A DNA stretch of 64,000 bases from an uncultured virus (IMG/VR IMGVR_UViG_3300002092_000039) (lineage: Duplodnaviria; Heunggongvirae; Uroviricota; Caudoviricetes): IMG/VR virus record IMGVR_UViG_3300002092_000039. One strand, written 5' to 3'. The notes under the pieces were generated by a model. The model was given only the letters and a program-made list of their open reading frames with translations, had not been told where the DNA came from and did not search any database. Of the stretch, positions 38,886 through 49,550 are shown in pieces. Positions within the stretch are counted from its first letter, which is position 1. Each line of letters opens with the position of its first letter. The translations under genes were made by a program, and so were the position numbers.

Positions 38886-39556
38886 ACACACGGTATCAAG
38901 AACGATACAACTATACTCCAATTAGACGAAAACAAACATCAGAAGGTAGGAAATATCAAACTCCTGATGGCAGCGCAGTCGCAAGCGTAACAACTATTCT
39001 TGAGAAGACAAAGTCTGAAGAAAAGAAGCAAGCTCTTCATGAATGGTGCAAGCGTGTTGGTACAGTCAAAGCGCAAGAGATAACTACAGAAGCTGCCAAT
39101 CGCGGCACAAGTATGCACAGTCATTTAGAACATTGGTTAGTTCATAATGAATTGCAGAATAAAAGTAATCTTGTGCATCAACACAGTGCTAAAATGGCTT
39201 CGAGAATAATTGAGGAATACTTAGATCCTCATTTAACAGAATGGTGGGGAAGTGAAGTTGGGCTCTATTATCCTGGATTATATGCGGGCACAACTGATCT
39301 TGTTGGCATCTATGATGGCGTACCCAGTATTATTGATTTTAAGCAAACTAATAAGCCTAAAAAGACCGAGTGGATTGAAGACTATTTCCTCCAAGCTGCT
39401 GCGTATTCTCAAGCGCATAATGCTGTACATGGCACTGATATTAAGCAAGGGGTTATATTGATGTGCAGTAAAGATGTAGAACCACAACATTGGATAGTTG
39501 ATCTAACCGAATATAATGATAAATGGTGGGATAGAGTATCGTTGTATTATAAATAA
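38867..39556 (+). CDS. PD-(D/E)xK exonuclease
   Basis: SVTTIL, RGTSMH, E..L....YAGTTDL, IIDFKQ, YFLQAAAY; start uncertain. Confidence 0.88.
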   Translation: MEHQLVNTRYQERYNYTPIRRKQTSEGRKYQTPDGSAVASVTTILEKTKSEEKKQALHEWCKRVGTVKAQEITTEAANRGTSMHSHLEHWLVHNELQNKSNLVHQHSAKMASRIIEEYLDPHLTEWWGSEVGLYYPGLYAGTTDLVGIYDGVPSIIDFKQTNKPKKTEWIEDYFLQAAAYSQAHNAVHGTDIKQGVILMCSKDVEPQHWIVDLTEYNDKWWDRVSLYYK

Positions 39557-39615
39557 TAATGCAAATCGCGGGACGGCAATCCCCATTTGCTCTATTGTTA
39601 TAAGGCAACAACAGC
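39548..39615 (+). ncRNA. Late-promoter-linked structured leader motif, copy 1
   Basis: TAAATA-N5-GCAAAT CGC GGGA cggcaa TCCC C ATTTGC TCTA; covaries with copies at 57902 and 61272. Confidence 0.7.
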
Positions 39616-40113
39616 ATGAATATTTACTATGTCTATGCATATCTAAGAGAAAAAACTTCTGACACTGCTCGAGAGAATACTCCGTACTATATAGGAAAAG
39701 GCAAAACTGACCGAGCATTTGAATATCACAAGTATATAAAAGTTCCTAAAGATAAAACTAAAATAATAATACTTGAAGCAAATCTCACTGAGATAGGAGC
39801 ATTTGCTTTAGAACGACGATATATAGAATGGTATGGTCGTAAAGATTTAGGAACAGGAATTCTATTAAATCGAACAGATGGCGGAGATGGCGCCGCAGGT
39901 CAAATACCTTGGAATAAAGGTAAAAAAGGTTCACAAGTACCTTGGAATAAAAATAAAACAGGCTTACAAAGTGCTTGGAATAAAGGGAAGCAAACTGGTA
40001 AAAAAGGGCTAACCTATGAAGAGATATATGGTTTAGAAAAAGCCTTACTGCTAAAAGAAAAGCGTAAACAAACAAAAATTAAGTATTGGGAAGATAACAA
40101 GACAACTACATAA
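39616..40113 (+). CDS. GIY-YIG-family homing endonuclease
   Basis: [30 protein letters not shown], three (P/A)WNK repeats. Confidence 0.85.
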   Translation: MNIYYVYAYLREKTSDTARENTPYYIGKGKTDRAFEYHKYIKVPKDKTKIIILEANLTEIGAFALERRYIEWYGRKDLGTGILLNRTDGGDGAAGQIPWNKGKKGSQVPWNKNKTGLQSAWNKGKQTGKKGLTYEEIYGLEKALLLKEKRKQTKIKYWEDNKTTT

Positions 40114-40141
40114 TCTCACTAAATATATGAAAGTGAGATTA
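40111..40141 (+). promoter_or_regulatory. Hairpin containing late promoter upstream of tail gene
   Basis: taatctcact/agtgagatta inverted repeat; TAAATA at the left-arm/loop junction. Confidence 0.65.
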
Positions 40142-40145
40142 TTAA

Positions 40146-43100
40146 ATGGCAATCGTTTCCATCTCAAGGGTTCAACATCGTAGAGGTTTACAGCAGGATT
40201 TACCACAGCTGGCAAGTGCAGAACTAGGCTGGAGTCTAGACGAGCAACGCTTGTATATAGGTAATGGTAACCTAGGAGAAGGAGCGCCTCGCCTAGGTAA
40301 TACAGAAATATTAACTGAACACAGTGATATTTTAAGACTGGCTCAGACCTATACTTTTAGAAATGAAGCAGCAGGCTACACACCAACAACTGGTGGTAGA
40401 ACAAATAAATTTAACTCAATTGCATATAATAATGGACTTTATATCGCAGTTGGTATTGATGGAACATTGCTTACTAGTACTGATACTGCTACTTGGTCTC
40501 CCGTATATCCAGGTACCAAAAGTACATTGAATTGTATAGCATATGGCAACGGATATTTTGTTGCTGTTGGTGCAAGTGGCACTGTAGTTTATAGTACTGA
40601 TGGTAGTGTTTGGAATAAAGCCGCGTTCAGTGTTAACTATACTTTTACCTGTGTAGTATATGCTGGTTCACCCATTAACAACTTTATTGCCACTACTAAT
40701 GCATCAAATGGTACCATTGTAAAATTTAATACTGCACAGTTATCAACAGTTCCTGATAATGGCATCTTTATTTCTCAAGCAGTAAAAACAAACTTATATG
40801 CTGGCAGTCTTAACTCAGTTGACTATGATCTAGATGGTGAACTATTGGCTGCTGTTGGTGATGGTGGTGGAATTATTACTAGTACGAATGGTTCAACTTG
40901 GACCGTACAAGATACTCCCACTTCTTATCGTTTAAACTCTGTTAAATTTGCCACTGATCAATGGATCGCAGCAGGTGATTACAGCACAGTACTAATAAGT
41001 TTAGATGGCATAAGCTGGGGATATGGGTATACTGATTCCTTTAGAGCTGCTGCTAATAATAATACATATTTCATTTTTGTTGGTGATGATGGCATAGCAT
41101 ATTCCGTAGACGGTACGGCAAATGATAACAGTAATTTGGTAATTTTGAATACCGGTACTACCAATACATTAAATGATATTTTGTATACATCGTATAATAC
41201 CTTGTTTGTTGCTGTTGGCATTAACGGTACTATCGTAACCAGTGGCAACAATGGTGCTACTTGGACTACTCGTACAAGTGGAACAACTGAAGATCTACAA
41301 AAAGTATTTTACGATGGCACATTGTTTATTGCTGTTGGTACCACTGGCAAAATATTAACCAGTAGTGATGCAATAACTTGGACTAGTCGTACCAGTGGCA
41401 CAACTGAAAATCTGTATGGTGTTTCTAAGTTTAATACCAGCTACATTGCTGTTGGTACAAATGGTAAGATCCTAACCAGTAGTAATGGAACTACTTGGGC
41501 AACAGGAACATCTGGTATCAGTGAAGATTTAGAATCTATAGCAGTTGCTGATCTGGGAGGCGGATCATATGTTAGTGTTATAGTTGGTACTGCTGGTTCT
41601 ATATTACGCAGTACAAATGGAACAAGTTGGACAATTTCCACTAGTGGAGTTACTGATGATTTACATGGAGTGCAATACATAACATATACTGCAAATTCCA
41701 TTGCTAAAAATTACTTCTTTGCTGTTGGAAACAATGGAGCAATTGTTTATAGTACAGATGGAACAACTTGGAGTATTCAAGATCAATTGCAGGCATTTGG
41801 ATTAACAAGCCATTTGTTTAATGTATATTATGGTATTGGTAGCTTTTGGATTGTTGGTAGTGTGGGATATACATCAGTTTATGGATCAGACTTGACCGAG
41901 TCTGAAACAATGACCCAGCAAAGTCTTTCAATTTTGTATAGCAACACAACTGCATTTAGTGGTCCTGCATTACATGGAATTACATATGGAAATTCCAAAT
42001 ACGTCATTGTTGGGCAATTTGATACAATCCTTGCCAGTACAGACGGGCAGAATTTTACAAGTCAAACAGGCCGTTCATTTACATCTGAACGTTTGAATAC
42101 TGCTACAATTTATGACGTGATTTATGTAAACAGTAAATTTATTGCTGTTGGCAACCTAGGATTAATACTTCAGAGTACCAATGGAATTTATTGGACTGGA
42201 GTAAGTTATAGTTTTGGTAATACAATAACTATCAGAACACTACAGCAGAAACTAGATGACTTTGTAAGTGTCAAGGATTTTGGTGCTGTTGGTGATGGTA
42301 TTACTGACGACACTGAATCCATTAATAGAGCACTTTATGAAGTTTATTGCAGAAGCAATAGCACAACTGCAAGAAAAGTACTTTGGTTTCCGGCTGGTAG
42401 ATATATCATTAGTGATGGTGTTAATGTGCCTAGTAATGCCATCATAAGAGGCGAGGGTGCAACCAATACAGTTATAGTGCAGACAGCAGATCCCACTTAT
42501 GTAAGTTATGTTTTTATTACAGCTGATAGCTTACAGCAAATTGGTGGTCAGGTTGGATACAATGGTGCTTCACTGCCCAGCGATATTACTATCTCTGACA
42601 TTGGTGCAGAAGCACAATCAGATGGTATTTGGTTAACTAATGCCAGTAAAGTACAAATTACCAGAGTAAATTTTATTGGCGCATTGACTCGTCCAACTGG
42701 TATTGGTAATGAAACAACTGGACTTTATATCAATGGTTCATATATGAATCAACCAACTGATATTAATGTATTGGATTGTTATTTTTCAGGATTCAATTAT
42801 GCTGTTTATCAACAGGATACTGAGTATAGTCGCAACATATTATTCAACAGTACTACGTTCTTTAATAACTATCAGGGCATTGTAGTAACAACTGGTGGTG
42901 GTATGGTTAATACAATGACTGTAAGCAATTGCGTTTTTGATTCAATTGGTGATACTGCTATTAAAACTAATTACGCAACTAATGTTACAAGCACATTCAA
43001 TAGTTTTAGAGATGTTGGTAACAACTACTTGGGTATTGGCAACGCAATTGCATACTGTGTGGATTTTGGTACTGCTAGTATTGGTTGTGCAAGTATCAAT

Positions 43101-43547
43101 GACCAATTTGACAGAACAGAAACTGAATCCTATACAACTTATGAATGGGTAAATGGTAACGCAAATACCATTATGATGTCTTCTGGCCATGAACTGCGTA
43201 TTGGGCTTTGGGAACAAGCTGGTGGTGAAAAATATACACTATTGGTCAACAAGACAAATGAACCAACAGGATATACAGCAAAACTTTCAGATAATTCGTT
43301 CAATAAGAAAATTCAGTATGCTATTAGACGAGATTCTGCTACTAGAACAGGTATTATTCACATAGTTTATAATGGCAGTGGTACATATTTCATGGATGAT
43401 GAAAGCAAAGAAATAGCAGATGTTGGTGTAATCTTTAGCTTGAGCAGTAACGGCACACGACTTAGCTTGAACTATACTAGCACCGCAACTGCTGCGGTAA
43501 CATTTGAATTTGTAATGGCTGAATCTTATTTGGACTTTGTGTGGTAA
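40146..43547 (+). CDS. Tail fibre/spike with BNR-like propeller repeats and pectate-lyase-type beta-helix
   Basis: Repeated FIAVG..G.I.TS.DG.TW units; VSVKDFGAVGDGITDDT; N-terminal ELGW..D..RLYIGNG. Confidence 0.8.
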   Translation: MAIVSISRVQHRRGLQQDLPQLASAELGWSLDEQRLYIGNGNLGEGAPRLGNTEILTEHSDILRLAQTYTFRNEAAGYTPTTGGRTNKFNSIAYNNGLYIAVGIDGTLLTSTDTATWSPVYPGTKSTLNCIAYGNGYFVAVGASGTVVYSTDGSVWNKAAFSVNYTFTCVVYAGSPINNFIATTNASNGTIVKFNTAQLSTVPDNGIFISQAVKTNLYAGSLNSVDYDLDGELLAAVGDGGGIITSTNGSTWTVQDTPTSYRLNSVKFATDQWIAAGDYSTVLISLDGISWGYGYTDSFRAAANNNTYFIFVGDDGIAYSVDGTANDNSNLVILNTGTTNTLNDILYTSYNTLFVAVGINGTIVTSGNNGATWTTRTSGTTEDLQKVFYDGTLFIAVGTTGKILTSSDAITWTSRTSGTTENLYGVSKFNTSYIAVGTNGKILTSSNGTTWATGTSGISEDLESIAVADLGGGSYVSVIVGTAGSILRSTNGTSWTISTSGVTDDLHGVQYITYTANSIAKNYFFAVGNNGAIVYSTDGTTWSIQDQLQAFGLTSHLFNVYYGIGSFWIVGSVGYTSVYGSDLTESETMTQQSLSILYSNTTAFSGPALHGITYGNSKYVIVGQFDTILASTDGQNFTSQTGRSFTSERLNTATIYDVIYVNSKFIAVGNLGLILQSTNGIYWTGVSYSFGNTITIRTLQQKLDDFVSVKDFGAVGDGITDDTESINRALYEVYCRSNSTTARKVLWFPAGRYIISDGVNVPSNAIIRGEGATNTVIVQTADPTYVSYVFITADSLQQIGGQVGYNGASLPSDITISDIGAEAQSDGIWLTNASKVQITRVNFIGALTRPTGIGNETTGLYINGSYMNQPTDINVLDCYFSGFNYAVYQQDTEYSRNILFNSTTFFNNYQGIVVTTGGGMVNTMTVSNCVFDSIGDTAIKTNYATNVTSTFNSFRDVGNNYLGIGNAIAYCVDFGTASIGCASINDQFDRTETESYTTYEWVNGNANTIMMSSGHELRIGLWEQAGGEKYTLLVNKTNEPTGYTAKLSDNSFNKKIQYAIRRDSATRTGIIHIVYNGSGTYFMDDESKEIADVGVIFSLSSNGTRLSLNYTSTATAAVTFEFVMAESYLDFVW

Positions 43548-43993
43548 TGTCGTCAGTAATCAGTGATCTTATTACATTCATTGGAAAAACAAAATCAGTA
43601 ATCATGAGCGTTGGTTCAATTACTGGTTCTGTTTGGAATGGTATTAAATGGATAGCCTCCAAATTTAAATTTTGGAGGAAGACGGTAAAACAAGTAGAAA
43701 TTCCCATTACAGAAATAAAAAGTAAACCAAAAAGAAAACATGGAATTATTTCACATGTCAATTATAAACTTTTCCCCAAGGCAAAATTAACATATTGGCT
43801 TGCAGACGAGGAAGTTATAGTATATGTTAAGGCATTCAGTCAAAAGGATAAGTTTAAAATAACTTATACTGAAATTTTAACAGGTAGAGTAACAATGGTA
43901 AACAGCGCAGTCCCCATTAATTATAGGCTTGAAGAACTTAAACCAGGGGATATTATAGAACAAACAGTGGTGCAACAAGATCAGCATTATTGA
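43547..43993 (+). CDS. Hypothetical protein
   Basis: TAATG coupling to tail gene. Confidence 0.6.
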   Translation: MSSVISDLITFIGKTKSVIMSVGSITGSVWNGIKWIASKFKFWRKTVKQVEIPITEIKSKPKRKHGIISHVNYKLFPKAKLTYWLADEEVIVYVKAFSQKDKFKITYTEILTGRVTMVNSAVPINYRLEELKPGDIIEQTVVQQDQHY

Positions 43994-44433
43994 TGTTTTA
44001 TTATAACAAGCACACTAATATTCTTGACTGGCGAGAATTTAGAAGTAAGTTAACAACTTGGCCAGAAGACATCGAGACTGTAGCTCAAATCTGGGCTAAA
44101 GCACCAATCATTAATAACTATCTTGCATATGATGATACTCATAAATGGCCGGACGCTTGGACGCTCATTAATGAAGCCATTTATTGTGATATTTCTGTTG
44201 CATTAGGTATGTTTTATACGCTATACTACTCTAACTATTCAGAAAAAGATAATATGCGTATTGAACATTATAATATTCAAAGTGAACACACAACACTTAA
44301 TTTAGTCAATCTGGAGGACGGGAAATATATGCTTAATTACCATACCGGTCGCTCAGTAAATAACAACACGCTCGAGGGGTTGCCCTCGCCAACGTACATA
44401 ATCACAGCAAAAGAATTACCCATTAAGAACTGA
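43990..44433 (+). CDS. Hypothetical protein
   Basis: W.KAP...WPDAWTLI...YC pattern. Confidence 0.7.
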   Translation: MMFYYNKHTNILDWREFRSKLTTWPEDIETVAQIWAKAPIINNYLAYDDTHKWPDAWTLINEAIYCDISVALGMFYTLYYSNYSEKDNMRIEHYNIQSEHTTLNLVNLEDGKYMLNYHTGRSVNNNTLEGLPSPTYIITAKELPIKN

Positions 44434-44445
44434 GAGGCACGGTCA

Positions 44446-46761
44446 ATGAACTTTAATCGCACAATGGTCATCAAGAGAGATGGCCACAAGGAACTATTAG
44501 ATATTGAGAAGTTACATAAAGTCGTATATTGGGCTACTGAAGGCCTAAAGAATGTAAGTGTTAGTGAATTGGAATTACGCAGTCAGATTCAGTTTTATGA
44601 TAATATCAAAACTACTGACATTCAAGAAACAATGATTAAAGCTGCTGCCGACCTAATCAGTGAGGATTCTCCCAACTATCAGTATGTTGCTGGTCGCCTA
44701 GTAAATTACCATATCCGTAAGCAGGTGTACGGTGATTATCAACCATGGCATATCTATGACTTGATCAAGAAGAATGTTGCTGCTGGCTTTTATGATGCGG
44801 ACCTGTTGACTGATTATACCGAGGAAGAGTGGAATAAGATTAATGGATTTATGGATCACGAACGTGACATGTCATTAACGTATGTTGCCATGGAGCAACT
44901 TCGTGGAAAATACCTAGTACAGAATCGTGTCACTGGACAGATCATGGAAACGCCACAGGTGCTATATGCTTTAGTGGCAGCAGTGCTATTTGCCAAGTAT
45001 GAAAAATCAACACGCCTTAATTGGGTCAAGGATTATTATGAGTGTATTAGTAAGCATGACATTAGCCTCCCTACTCCTATCATGGCTGGGCTACGCACGC
45101 CGCAGCGTCAGTTTAGCTCCTGTGTGCTTATTGAAACAGACGATAGTCTAGACTCAATCAACGCTACAACTGCCGCCATTGTGAAGTATGTTAGCCAGAA
45201 AGCAGGTATTGGTATTGGTGCAGGCCGTATCCGTGCTATTGGTTCACCAGTACGTAACGGTGACACCAGCCATACCGGAGTTGTTCCATTCTATAAGTTG
45301 TTTCAGGCTGCTGTTCGTAGCTGTAGTCAAGGTGGTGTCCGCAATGGTGCGGCTACACTGTACTATCCTCTTTGGCATCTTGAAGTAGAAGACTTACTTG
45401 TGTTGAAGAACAACAAGGGAACTGAGGACACTCGTGTCCGCCATATGGACTATGGTGTTCAGTTTAATAAGGTGATGTATGAAAGGCTTCTTACGGGATC
45501 AAATATTACTCTTTTTAGCCCTAATGATGTTCCTGATCTTTATGACGCTTTTTATAGTGATACCGATACATTTAGGGACCTCTATGAAAAGTACGAGCGT
45601 AATACAAAGCTCAGAAAGAAGTCAATCCCGGCAATAGATCTGTTCTCAGCATTTATGACTGAGCGTAAGGATACTGGGCGTGTTTATCTTATGAATGTTG
45701 ATAACACAAACAGTCATGGTGCATTTATTGAAAGCATTGCTCCAATCAAGCAGAGCAACCTATGCTGTGAGATTGCATTGCCCACTAAGCCACTCACACA
45801 TTTGCATGATGAGAATGGTGAGATCAGTCTTTGTACGCTGTCTGCTATTAACTGGGGTAACATTAATAAGCCCAGTGACTTTGAGCGACCATGCAAGCTG
45901 GCTGTTCGCGCACTGGATGAACTATTGGACTATCAGGATTATCCAGTTCCAGCTGCCAAGATTAGCACAATGAATCGTCGTCCACTGGGTGTTGGCATCA
46001 TTAACCTTGCTTATTGGATTGCAAAGAACGATTTCAAGTATAGCGATGATAGCTCATTAACTAAACTTGACGAGTATATGGAAGCAATGAGCTATTATCT
46101 CATTAAGGCCAGTGTTGATCTTGCAATGGAAAAAGGTGCTTGCCCCAAGTCAGATGAAACCAAGTACTCATTGGGAATTATGCCCATTGATAGTCGTAAG
46201 CAGGATATTGATGAACTTGTACCATACAGCGAGCGTATGGATTGGGATAGTCTCCGTGCCGCAGCAAAAGCATATGGCATTCGTAATAGCACTTTGATGG
46301 CCTTAATGCCCGCAGAAACCAGTGCTCAGATTGCCAATGCTACCAACGGCATTGAACCACCACGCAGTTATATTTCAATTAAGCAGAGTAAAGATGGCGT
46401 ACTAAAGCAAGTTGTGCCTGAATTCCGTAAGCTTAAGAACAAGTATGAATTGCTATGGGATCAGAAGTCACCAGAAGGTTATATTAAAATCTGTGCGGTA
46501 TTACAGAAGTACATTGATCAAGCAATCAGTGTTAATACTTCTTATAATCCACAGTACTATCCTGACGAGAAGCTGCCAATGAGTGACATGTTGAAGCTTC
46601 TTCTCCTACATTATAAGTTGGGTGGAAAAAATTTATATTATTTTAACACCAAGGACAATCAAGGCGAGATCAATGTTGCTAAATTTGTTGACAACGCTAA
46701 TAGTGTAGCTTTGATGGATGATCTTCCATCTCAAGCAGAATGTGACAGTTGTACTATCTAA
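44446..46761 (+). CDS. nrdA: Ribonucleotide reductase class Ia alpha subunit
   Basis: ATP cone VIKRDG, PTPIMAG, FSSC, SQGGVRNG, SNLCCE, YY and C-terminal CDSC. Confidence 0.97.
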   Translation: MNFNRTMVIKRDGHKELLDIEKLHKVVYWATEGLKNVSVSELELRSQIQFYDNIKTTDIQETMIKAAADLISEDSPNYQYVAGRLVNYHIRKQVYGDYQPWHIYDLIKKNVAAGFYDADLLTDYTEEEWNKINGFMDHERDMSLTYVAMEQLRGKYLVQNRVTGQIMETPQVLYALVAAVLFAKYEKSTRLNWVKDYYECISKHDISLPTPIMAGLRTPQRQFSSCVLIETDDSLDSINATTAAIVKYVSQKAGIGIGAGRIRAIGSPVRNGDTSHTGVVPFYKLFQAAVRSCSQGGVRNGAATLYYPLWHLEVEDLLVLKNNKGTEDTRVRHMDYGVQFNKVMYERLLTGSNITLFSPNDVPDLYDAFYSDTDTFRDLYEKYERNTKLRKKSIPAIDLFSAFMTERKDTGRVYLMNVDNTNSHGAFIESIAPIKQSNLCCEIALPTKPLTHLHDENGEISLCTLSAINWGNINKPSDFERPCKLAVRALDELLDYQDYPVPAAKISTMNRRPLGVGIINLAYWIAKNDFKYSDDSSLTKLDEYMEAMSYYLIKASVDLAMEKGACPKSDETKYSLGIMPIDSRKQDIDELVPYSERMDWDSLRAAAKAYGIRNSTLMALMPAETSAQIANATNGIEPPRSYISIKQSKDGVLKQVVPEFRKLKNKYELLWDQKSPEGYIKICAVLQKYIDQAISVNTSYNPQYYPDEKLPMSDMLKLLLLHYKLGGKNLYYFNTKDNQGEINVAKFVDNANSVALMDDLPSQAECDSCTI

Positions 46762-46762
46762 A

Positions 46763-46811
46763 TTATTATCTTTCGAATGTATTATATAAATACATTCGAC
46801 GGAGAAATAAT
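46763..46811 (+). promoter_or_regulatory. Late promoter inside an RBS-sequestering hairpin
   Basis: tcgaatgtatt/aatacattcga with TATAAATA at the apex; stem extends over GGAG. Confidence 0.75.
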
Positions 46812-47523
46812 GGATTATTTAAAAATTTACGAAAATCTTATGGAGAGATCAAGAAATCGTACTCTCCATGAGTATAAAGAAAAGCATCATATAATTCCAA
46901 AATGTTTAGGTGGAAATGATAATATAGATAATTTAGTAAGTTTGACCCCAGAAGAACATTATATTGCTCATTTATTATTAGTTAAAATTTATCCTAAAAA
47001 TTCAAAATTAATATTTGCCGCTAATATGATGGCCAATAGAAACAACAAATCATATGGATGGATTAAACGACTTTTCTCCATTGAGCAATCGAATTCAATG
47101 ACAGGGTACAAACATAGCGAAGAATCTAGAAAAAAAATGAGTCTTTCAAGAAAAGATGTACCTAAAACTGAGCATTTCAAAAATATTATGAAAATTAAAA
47201 AGACAAAAGATATTGAATATCTAGAAAATGTGTATAAAGGATGGGATGAATTAAAATTAGCAACCAATGTTTCTAGACATTTATATTTAAAATTTTATAA
47301 AAATGGCATAGATCCAGTACCATACATCAATAACAATTCTTATGGTATAGTTGAAAAGGCAAAAACGACTCCACCGAAAGCAGCATTAGGCAAAAAATGG
47401 TTTAATAATGGTTCAGCTGAAACATACTGCAACATAAATCAACAACCAAATGGGTGGATTAGAGGGAGGTTGCCTAGATTAAAAGATGAAAAAGGTAGAT
47501 TTCAAAAAGAGAAATCTATATAA
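46810..47523 (+). CDS. Free-standing HNH homing endonuclease (MobE-like position)
   Basis: EKHHIIPKCLGG....NLV.LTPEEH..AH; HSEESRKKMS; WFNNG..GR; between nrdA and nrdB. Confidence 0.9.
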   Translation: MDYLKIYENLMERSRNRTLHEYKEKHHIIPKCLGGNDNIDNLVSLTPEEHYIAHLLLVKIYPKNSKLIFAANMMANRNNKSYGWIKRLFSIEQSNSMTGYKHSEESRKKMSLSRKDVPKTEHFKNIMKIKKTKDIEYLENVYKGWDELKLATNVSRHLYLKFYKNGIDPVPYINNNSYGIVEKAKTTPPKAALGKKWFNNGSAETYCNINQQPNGWIRGRLPRLKDEKGRFQKEKSI

Positions 47524-47544
47524 TTAAATTACAGGAGAATTTAA

Positions 47545-48657
47545 ATGAGTGTATTTGATACGAAGAATCGTCAGGACCATACTAAGGTGCGAGCCTTCTT
47601 TGATGAGCCAGTGACGATTCAACGGTATGATTCGATGAAGTATCGCCAGTTTGAAAAACTGACTGAGCGTCAATTAGGATTTTTCTGGCAACCGCAAGAG
47701 ATCGATACTCTTCGCGATGCCAAGGACTTCAAAGATCTCACTACACATGAACAGCACATCTTCACAAGCAACCTCAAGCGACAGATCCTATTAGACAGCG
47801 TTCAAGGTCGTGCTCCGAGTGCTGCGTTTGGCCCAATCTGCTCATTGCCCGAACTAGAGACTTGGATCACAACGTGGACTTTCTCTGAGACCATCCATAG
47901 TCGCAGCTATACACACATCATCCGAAACATCTATAGCAATCCATCCAAGATCTTCGATGAACTTATGGACATCAAAGAAATCGTGGATTGCGCAGATGAC
48001 ATCAGCAAGTATTATGACAAGCTGATCTATATGAATAATCAATCAGCTGCCTTCGGTGGATATTATGATATTGTACCTCCAAATGATTTTGCTTATGAAC
48101 ATAAGAAAGCATTGTGGATGGCATTGATGTCAGTTAACATACTCGAAGGTATTCGTTTCTATGTCAGCTTTGCTTGTAGCTGGGCATTTGCTGAAGTTAA
48201 GAAGATGGAAGGTAATGCCAAGATAATCAAGTTCATTGCTCGTGATGAGAACCTACATCTAGCCGGCACTCAAACACTACTAAAGTTACTTCCAAAAGAT
48301 GATGAGTATTTTGCTCAAGTAGCAGAAGAAACTAAGGATGAGTGTATCAAGTTGTTTATTGATGCAGTTGACCAAGAGAAGAAGTGGGCTGATTATCTAT
48401 TCAAGGATGGCAGTATGATTGGGCTTAACAAGCAACTGCTCAGTGAGTATATTGAATGGATCGCCCACAAGCGTATGACAGCAGTTGGGCTTGCCTGCCC
48501 CTATAAGACAACCAGTAATCCGTTGCCCTGGACTCAAAAGTGGATTGCAGGTGGAGATGTTCAAGTTGCACCACAGGAAGTAGAACTCAGTAGCTATATC
48601 AGTGGTGGCACAAAACAAGATGTTGATCAAAATTCTTTTGCTGGGTTCAAACTATAA
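47545..48657 (+). CDS. nrdB: Ribonucleotide reductase class Ia beta subunit
   Basis: FFWQPQE, LDSVQ, ETIHSRSY, EGIRFY, RDENLH, APQE. Confidence 0.97.
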   Translation: MSVFDTKNRQDHTKVRAFFDEPVTIQRYDSMKYRQFEKLTERQLGFFWQPQEIDTLRDAKDFKDLTTHEQHIFTSNLKRQILLDSVQGRAPSAAFGPICSLPELETWITTWTFSETIHSRSYTHIIRNIYSNPSKIFDELMDIKEIVDCADDISKYYDKLIYMNNQSAAFGGYYDIVPPNDFAYEHKKALWMALMSVNILEGIRFYVSFACSWAFAEVKKMEGNAKIIKFIARDENLHLAGTQTLLKLLPKDDEYFAQVAEETKDECIKLFIDAVDQEKKWADYLFKDGSMIGLNKQLLSEYIEWIAHKRMTAVGLACPYKTTSNPLPWTQKWIAGGDVQVAPQEVELSSYISGGTKQDVDQNSFAGFKL

Positions 48658-48678
48658 TAACTATATTAAGGAACAGCA

Positions 48679-48957
48679 ATGATTACACTTTACAGCAAGC
48701 CAGCCTGCCCCTACTGTGATAGAGCAGCGGACTACCTAAAGAGAAACAACTTTGCGTTTACAAAAGTTGATGTAACTGAAGATGCGAAGGCATTGGCGTT
48801 CATTAAGAGCAAGGGGCATAAAACAGTGCCCCAAATATATTACGAAAATAGAATACTAGTAGAAGGCGGCTATGACGGTCTAAAAGCACTTCAACCAAAT
48901 GACTTAACCTTACGGATTCAACAATATGCTAATGGGAAAAACAACTTTCAATTATAG
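48679..48957 (+). CDS. Glutaredoxin
   Basis: CPYC, TVPQI, GG. Confidence 0.93.
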   Translation: MITLYSKPACPYCDRAADYLKRNNFAFTKVDVTEDAKALAFIKSKGHKTVPQIYYENRILVEGGYDGLKALQPNDLTLRIQQYANGKNNFQL

Positions 48958-49243
48958 TCCTGGTGACGTGGTAGATTTTAAATTAAACAGTGGCGAAGAA
49001 CTTATTTCTCGTATCATTGAAGATAGAACTGACACTTATGTTCTTAATAAACCCATGGCTTTATTGAATACTCCAAATGGTGGACTTGGCATGATGCCAG
49101 TGCCCATTGCTTCAAATCACTCAGATCCTGTAGTGTTAAATAAACATGCAGTAGCCTTTCATGCTAAATGCGAGTCAGAGTTGGCAAGCCAGTATATGGA
49201 AAAGACAACTGGGCTAGTAACTATGAGCAAAGGTATAATTTAA
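48926..49243 (+). CDS. Hypothetical protein (Sm-like pattern)
   Basis: KLNSGEELI..Y...TTG. Confidence 0.65.
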   Translation: MLMGKTTFNYSPGDVVDFKLNSGEELISRIIEDRTDTYVLNKPMALLNTPNGGLGMMPVPIASNHSDPVVLNKHAVAFHAKCESELASQYMEKTTGLVTMSKGII

Positions 49244-49252
49244 GGAATAAGA

Positions 49253-49549
49253 GTGTTTCCCACAGCAGCAGTTGGCGATTTTAATATGATGATGGGGGTT
49301 ATTATGACAGGTAACCCCACAGTATTGGTAAGTGGAAGACCAATCGCAGTAATGGGTATGAGCTTGGTTAGTCCCCACCCATGGGGCGGTATCCCTCCTA
49401 AACCTATTCATCCTCCCAGCCCATTAATGATTAATTGTAGTACAACAGTATTAGCAGGTGGGTTGTGTGTTGGTCATATGGGATCTATTAGCACCTGTTT
49501 ACATGCCATCATTCCGCCATGTAATCCCACAGTATTGGTAGGTATATAA
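49253..49549 (+). CDS. PAAR-like spike-tip protein
   Basis: AAVGD, TVLVSGRP, PH..H, CLH metal ligands. Confidence 0.75.
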   Translation: MFPTAAVGDFNMMMGVIMTGNPTVLVSGRPIAVMGMSLVSPHPWGGIPPKPIHPPSPLMINCSTTVLAGGLCVGHMGSISTCLHAIIPPCNPTVLVGI

Positions 49550-49550
49550 C

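Noticed and set aside
46762..47544. Group I intron or intein carrying the HNH in nrdA/nrdB
   Set aside because: Both nrd genes look complete and uninterrupted; flanks are too short for a ribozyme core.
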